Source: Raja brachyura (Eukaryota). From it: a DNA stretch of 64,000 bases. Below are positions 59,773 to 64,000 of this stretch, piece after piece. Position 1 is the stretch's first letter. The number at the start of each line of letters is the position of its first letter. Under the pieces are notes generated by a model that worked only from the letters and a program-made list of their open reading frames with translations, was not told the origin of the DNA and ran no database searches. Location: contig OY740804.1 of the NCBI GenBank assembly GCA_963514005.1, positions 5,022,001-5,086,000 of the forward strand, in the 5' to 3' direction. The position numbers and the translations under genes are program-made.

Positions 59773-62127
59773 ATGGCGATGGAAGGGGCGCGGCCGATGG
59801 TCCGGACCTACGCAGCGACGGCATCAGTGGCGGGTGCGAGGCCATCTGAGCTTGAGCCTCATGTTGACTTGGATGGGGACAGTTTTGGTATTTCTGTTCA
59901 AACTGGGCCTATGATGTCGAGGGGGGTAATTACGAAGGCCATGAATGAACTTCTTGGGAGGGGGGCTATTGTCTCTTCTGAGCTCGAAAGGGGAAAGGTG
60001 GAGATGATACTTAAGACCCGGGAGTGTGTGGCCCGAGCGTTGGAGGAGGGGATCTCAGTGGGGGGGGTCCACGTACAGGTGGATCCGTGGGTATCCAGGG
60101 TGAGACCGGTTCTCCTGCGGAGCTGCCCCACTTATTTTTCGGATGCAGTGCTTATTCCACACCTGTCCAAGTTCGGGGAGGTGCGGTCTAAATGTTTTCG
60201 TCTCTTGCATCCCGGGGGGGACCCGGAGGAAAAAGGGGTCTTCAGTTTCAAGAGGAGGGTGTTCATGAAGGTGGGTGAGGGGGATGGCGCCGAGGGGAGT
60301 TTTGAGGTGGTGCATAAGGGTGTACCCAGAACCGTGCGTTGGAGTTGGGGCAAGGCACGGTGTCATGCGTGCGGCGAATTTGGACATCTCCGTAGGGAGT
60401 GTCTTTTTCGCGGGGGCACTGCTAGAGGTTCTAGTGCAGTGGCCCAGGAAAGCGCTGCTGGCCCATCTGGGGTGGCTTGTCAAACCTCAGCGGCGCGGGG
60501 TGGTACTGCTGACCCGGCTGAGGTTGCCAGTTCTGCCTTGGTGACCCGGGGCGGCAGTGCTAAGCCTTCTGGGTCCAGAGGTTCCGCTTTGGGGACCCTG
60601 GGCAGTGAGAGCCCAAGCCCCCCACGTCCCCTACGTCTTGCGCCTGTGGCGGTGGATGGAGGTGGGGCGCAGGAGGAGGGGAGTGTTGAGGGGGGGTTTT
60701 GGGAGAAGCAGGGGAAGCATAATAAGAAGAAGGAGAGGGATAGGGCTGCCCGAGCGAAGAAAGTGCAATCGGGTGAGTTTGGCTCCAGTGTGGTGCAGAC
60801 TGCACCTGCTGGGGCCCAGGGGGGAGTTGTGGTGGCTCGGAAGGGGGGAAAGAAGTCTAAACGTGTGGGTGGCAAAGTGGTTGGGGGTAATGTGGAGGCG
60901 GATGACCCTTCCCTTATGGAGGTTACCGCACCTCCGCATGCGAGTGGGACTAAAAGGAGGCATTTGCCTGGTGAAGAGGAGGAAGGGCGTGGGTCCAGAG
61001 CGAAGGGGATGTCTTTCTCCGGGCTTTCCACCACTGAGGTGGCTGAAAGTGGTCTTGACCCGGTGTCTTCTGGGTCGGTGGTTGGGCCTTCTCTTCATGG
61101 ATCTACAGCGGGTGTCACCGGACTGGGTGCTGAAGTTGATTCCGGTGGAGTTGTGTCCACTGGGCGGGAGTCTGTCCCTTCATCTCAGGGGCCCTCTGAG
61201 GGAGTTATCTCGGCGGATGCTGTGGTTAGCTCCCTTGGGTGTGTACCCTCTGGGTCGGATGAGGTCCCCTCGTTTCAGAGGCCTACTGAGGGTGCTAGCA
61301 CGGTAGGTGACGTGGTTGGCTCCTCTGGTAGTGTGCCCTCTGTGACGGGGGATGTGCAGAGTCAGGCTGAGGGGGGAGTTTCGGGGGTGTTGTCGTTCAA
61401 GTCTGTGCTCCATATCAGTGCCAGTGGAGGTGCTGGGGGGCGGGATGCCTCACCGGATGAGTTGTCTGGGGTGAGGTTAATGGCAGGTGGTGATTCTCTG
61501 GGTGATGCCTGTGGAGAGGGCACTCTGGATGATGTGGAGGTCAGGGCTGTTATGGGACGTGATCCTCTTTCAGACTCCGAGGGTGCCAGTGTTCCACAGG
61601 CCCTGGGGATGCCTCTTGTTGTTGCTTCCCCAGGCCCGGAGGAGGAGGGTGATGGTAGCGGGCAGGAGCCCAGCCATTCAGAGGGCTGCGAGTCTCAGGT
61701 AGGGGTGTTGGGACCCACCCCCAGCATTGATCCGGGTGGTCGTGTCATGGCTGTGGAGGAGGATAGCGATGCGGCCAGTGGGGGGGGCTCAGAGAGTGTT
61801 GTGTCAGACAGTTCTGGTCTTTCTGAGGTTGTTGATTCAGGTGCGAGCGGGTTGGCTGAGAGCCCAGACTCCAAGGCCGTGTCTGAGGCGAAGCTTATTG
61901 TTGAGGTGCGAGAGTTCTTAAAAATAAGTCGTGCTCCCAAAACATTATGGTGGGCCGTTACAAGGAGATGGGAGGATTGGCTAGATGTGCGGGAGAGTCT
62001 CGAGGCTATCCTTAGTAACAAGGATAGTGGTCTTTCTGACTCGGATTTGGGGCAGTTTTGGGGTTTGTTGAAGGTCCTCAGAAAAGGACCTCCTGTGACT
62101 ACAGGGAGTGTGAGGGTCACAATCTAA
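59773..62127 (+). CDS. Tx1-like ORF1, copy 2
   Basis: Same length as copy 1, about 11 amino acid differences. Confidence 0.88.
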   Translation: MAMEGARPMVRTYAATASVAGARPSELEPHVDLDGDSFGISVQTGPMMSRGVITKAMNELLGRGAIVSSELERGKVEMILKTRECVARALEEGISVGGVHVQVDPWVSRVRPVLLRSCPTYFSDAVLIPHLSKFGEVRSKCFRLLHPGGDPEEKGVFSFKRRVFMKVGEGDGAEGSFEVVHKGVPRTVRWSWGKARCHACGEFGHLRRECLFRGGTARGSSAVAQESAAGPSGVACQTSAARGGTADPAEVASSALVTRGGSAKPSGSRGSALGTLGSESPSPPRPLRLAPVAVDGGGAQEEGSVEGGFWEKQGKHNKKKERDRAARAKKVQSGEFGSSVVQTAPAGAQGGVVVARKGGKKSKRVGGKVVGGNVEADDPSLMEVTAPPHASGTKRRHLPGEEEEGRGSRAKGMSFSGLSTTEVAESGLDPVSSGSVVGPSLHGSTAGVTGLGAEVDSGGVVSTGRESVPSSQGPSEGVISADAVVSSLGCVPSGSDEVPSFQRPTEGASTVGDVVGSSGSVPSVTGDVQSQAEGGVSGVLSFKSVLHISASGGAGGRDASPDELSGVRLMAGGDSLGDACGEGTLDDVEVRAVMGRDPLSDSEGASVPQALGMPLVVASPGPEEEGDGSGQEPSHSEGCESQVGVLGPTPSIDPGGRVMAVEEDSDAASGGGSESVVSDSSGLSEVVDSGASGLAESPDSKAVSEAKLIVEVREFLKISRAPKTLWWAVTRRWEDWLDVRESLEAILSNKDSGLSDSDLGQFWGLLKVLRKGPPVTTGSVRVTI

Positions 62128-64000
62128 TGTGTCTACACATTCACAGTAGCTACATTAAATTTAAATGGGAGTAGAGCGAGTTTTCGAAGATTTCAGCTCT
62201 TATCAGCCCTAAGGGAGGGGAGATTTGCAGTTTGTTATCTGCAAGAGACACATACCGTTGCTAGTGATGAACCTACCTGGCAACTGGAGTGGGAAGGGAG
62301 GGTTTATATGAGCCATCTCAGCTCAAATTCGAGTGGGGTGGCTTTTCTGTTGGCCCCAAATTTTCTGCCAAGCATTTTAAAAGTGCAGGAAGTGGTGCCA
62401 GGACGTTTGCTCCATCTGGCCGTGAGCCTGGATGGCATGCCGTTGCATTTCATTAACGTGTATGCCCCTAGCTCCGGCACGATGCAGGCCGGCCTGCTTC
62501 GGGAGGTGAATGCTCTGTTGGGCACTATTGATAGGGGAGAGTGTGTCTTCCTTGGTGGGGACTTTAATTGCACACTTGAGGTGCGGGACCGTTCTGGTAC
62601 TCAGTGTGCGCCTGCTGTAGCGAAGAAGCTGAGAGGCTTGATTGACTCCTTTGAGTTGGTTGATGTTTGGAGGGACCTTCACCCTGATTCCACTGCTTTT
62701 TCGCGGAGGTCTGAGGGCGGTGGTTCCCGCATTGATCGGTTTTATATTTCCCGAGCGTTTGTTTCCCGTGTCTCAGCGGCCTCAATGCGGCTGGTGCCGT
62801 GCTCGGACCATTGTCTGGTGCGTGTGGATTTCAATCCAGCGTGCGCTCGGGCTGGGTCCGCGTACTGGCACTTTAACAACAGGCTGCTGGAGGATCGGTG
62901 TTTCCGGGAGTCATTCACTCGGTTTTGGGTGAAGTGGAGAGAGAGGCAGAGGTGCTTCTCTTCCCTTAGGCAGTGGTGGGATGTGGGTAAGGCTCACATC
63001 CGTCTCTTTTGTAAGGAATATACATGGGGGTCGACTGGGAGGCGGGACTCAGCGGTCGAGAAGCTGGAGAGGGAGATACAGGACGCTGAGTCTCGCCTGG
63101 GTCAGTTTGGTGAAGACTCCAGCGAATGGGGAGAGTTTCAGAGGAAGAAGGAGGTTTTGAGGAGTCTGCTGCTTGAGCGATCTCGAGGCGCTTATGTGAG
63201 GTCTCGGGTCCAGATGCTGCACGAGCTGGACCGAGCGTCGCCTTTCTTTTTCTCTTTGGAGAAGGGGCGGGGAGCTCGAAAACAGCTCGTGGAGTTGCTT
63301 GCAGATGACGGCTCCTCTGTCACTGTTCCAGAGAGGATTAATGCCTTGGTTAGGTCCTTTTATGGGACCCTGTTCTCTGCGGAAGGATTCAGTGTGGAGG
63401 CTCAGCAAGATCTGTGGGAGGGTCTACCGACCGTAGATAGGGGGGAGGCTGATCTTCTTGATGGCCCCTTATCTTTGGAGGAGTTGACTCGCGCCTTGCA
63501 TCAGCTCAGGAGGGGTAAGTCCCCCGGGCTGGATGGGTTGACGGTGGAGTTTGTTAGAGCATTCTGGGACGTCCTAGGGGGTGACTATATGTTGGTTCTG
63601 GGGGAGAGCCTGGCGACTGGAGTGATGCCTCTCTCGTGGCGTAGGACGGTTGTTGTCTTGCTGCCTAAGAAGGGCGAACTCCGTTTGTTGAAGAACTGGC
63701 GTCCAGTCTCTCTCCTTTGCACAGAATATAAAATTTTTGCACGGGCAATGGCAAATCGCCTGGGCTCCGTGCTGCATCAAGTGATTCATCCTGATCAATC
63801 TTATACAGTCCCTGGCCGGTCCATCCAGGATAACATCCACCTGGTTAGGGACCTGATTCATTTAGTCCAGGGTACTGGTGAGTCAGCTGCTTTTCTGTCT
63901 CTTGATCAGGAGAAGGCTTTTGATAGGGTAGAGCATGAATACCTATTTGGGACGTTGCAAGCGTTTGGGTTTGGACCACACTTCGTGGCCCGGGTCCGGC
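62128..64000 (+). CDS. Tx1-like ORF2, copy 2 (partial)
   Basis: Same in-frame arrangement after TAA 62125-62127; no stop seen to the window end. Confidence 0.85.

Larger units (their letters stand above)
59241..64000 (+). mobile_element. Tx1-clade retrotransposon, copy 2 (runs off the window)
   Basis: Colinear with copy 1 at a constant offset of 6737 bp; scattered substitutions only. Confidence 0.93.

Noticed and set aside
52614-63861. Many antisense and alternative-frame ORFs within the Tx1 copies
   Set aside because: Expected shadows of GC-rich coding DNA; their recurrence reflects near-identity of the two copies. An antisense 5' UTR ORF differs in length between copies.
52528-64000. Tandem Tx1 copies as a pure assembly duplication
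   Set aside because: Not favoured because the copies differ at many scattered positions and join exactly at polyA/(GA)n, but long reads are needed to exclude it.

Overview
Repeat-dense eukaryotic (vertebrate) DNA. The V-domain tRNA SINEs and CR1/Penelope repeats suggest a cartilaginous fish, probably a skate or ray (inference). The window is part of a cluster of CD300/pIgR-like single Ig-V immune receptor genes. It holds: (1) one complete 6-exon + strand gene (7487-20503, 297 aa: leader, IgV, stalk, TM, cytoplasmic tail with ITIM/ITSM-type motifs) whose Ig domain has lost the canonical B-strand cysteine; (2) a pseudogene IgV exon split by about 6.6 kb of nested retroelements; (3) a third, intact IgV exon (51148-51468). 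Mobile elements include a full-length but frameshifted DIRS1-type tyrosine-recombinase retrotransposon with intact ITR/ICR architecture (1568-6449), a second DIRS remnant, young CR1 LINEs (one with an SGNH-esterase ORF1), Penelope remnants with minimal hammerhead-ribozyme-like motifs, RTE-X-like and Rex1-like fragments, and a probable Helitron containing a TIR element. Two head-to-tail, near-identical, open-frame Tx1-clade LINEs are joined by polyA-(GA)n. In both, ORF2 follows ORF1 in the same frame after a single TAA, with no AUG ahead of the endonuclease motifs. Local tandem duplications lie at 21.5-34.4 kb and there are two N gaps. Repeat boundaries are estimated by eye; family names come from motif recognition, not database searches.
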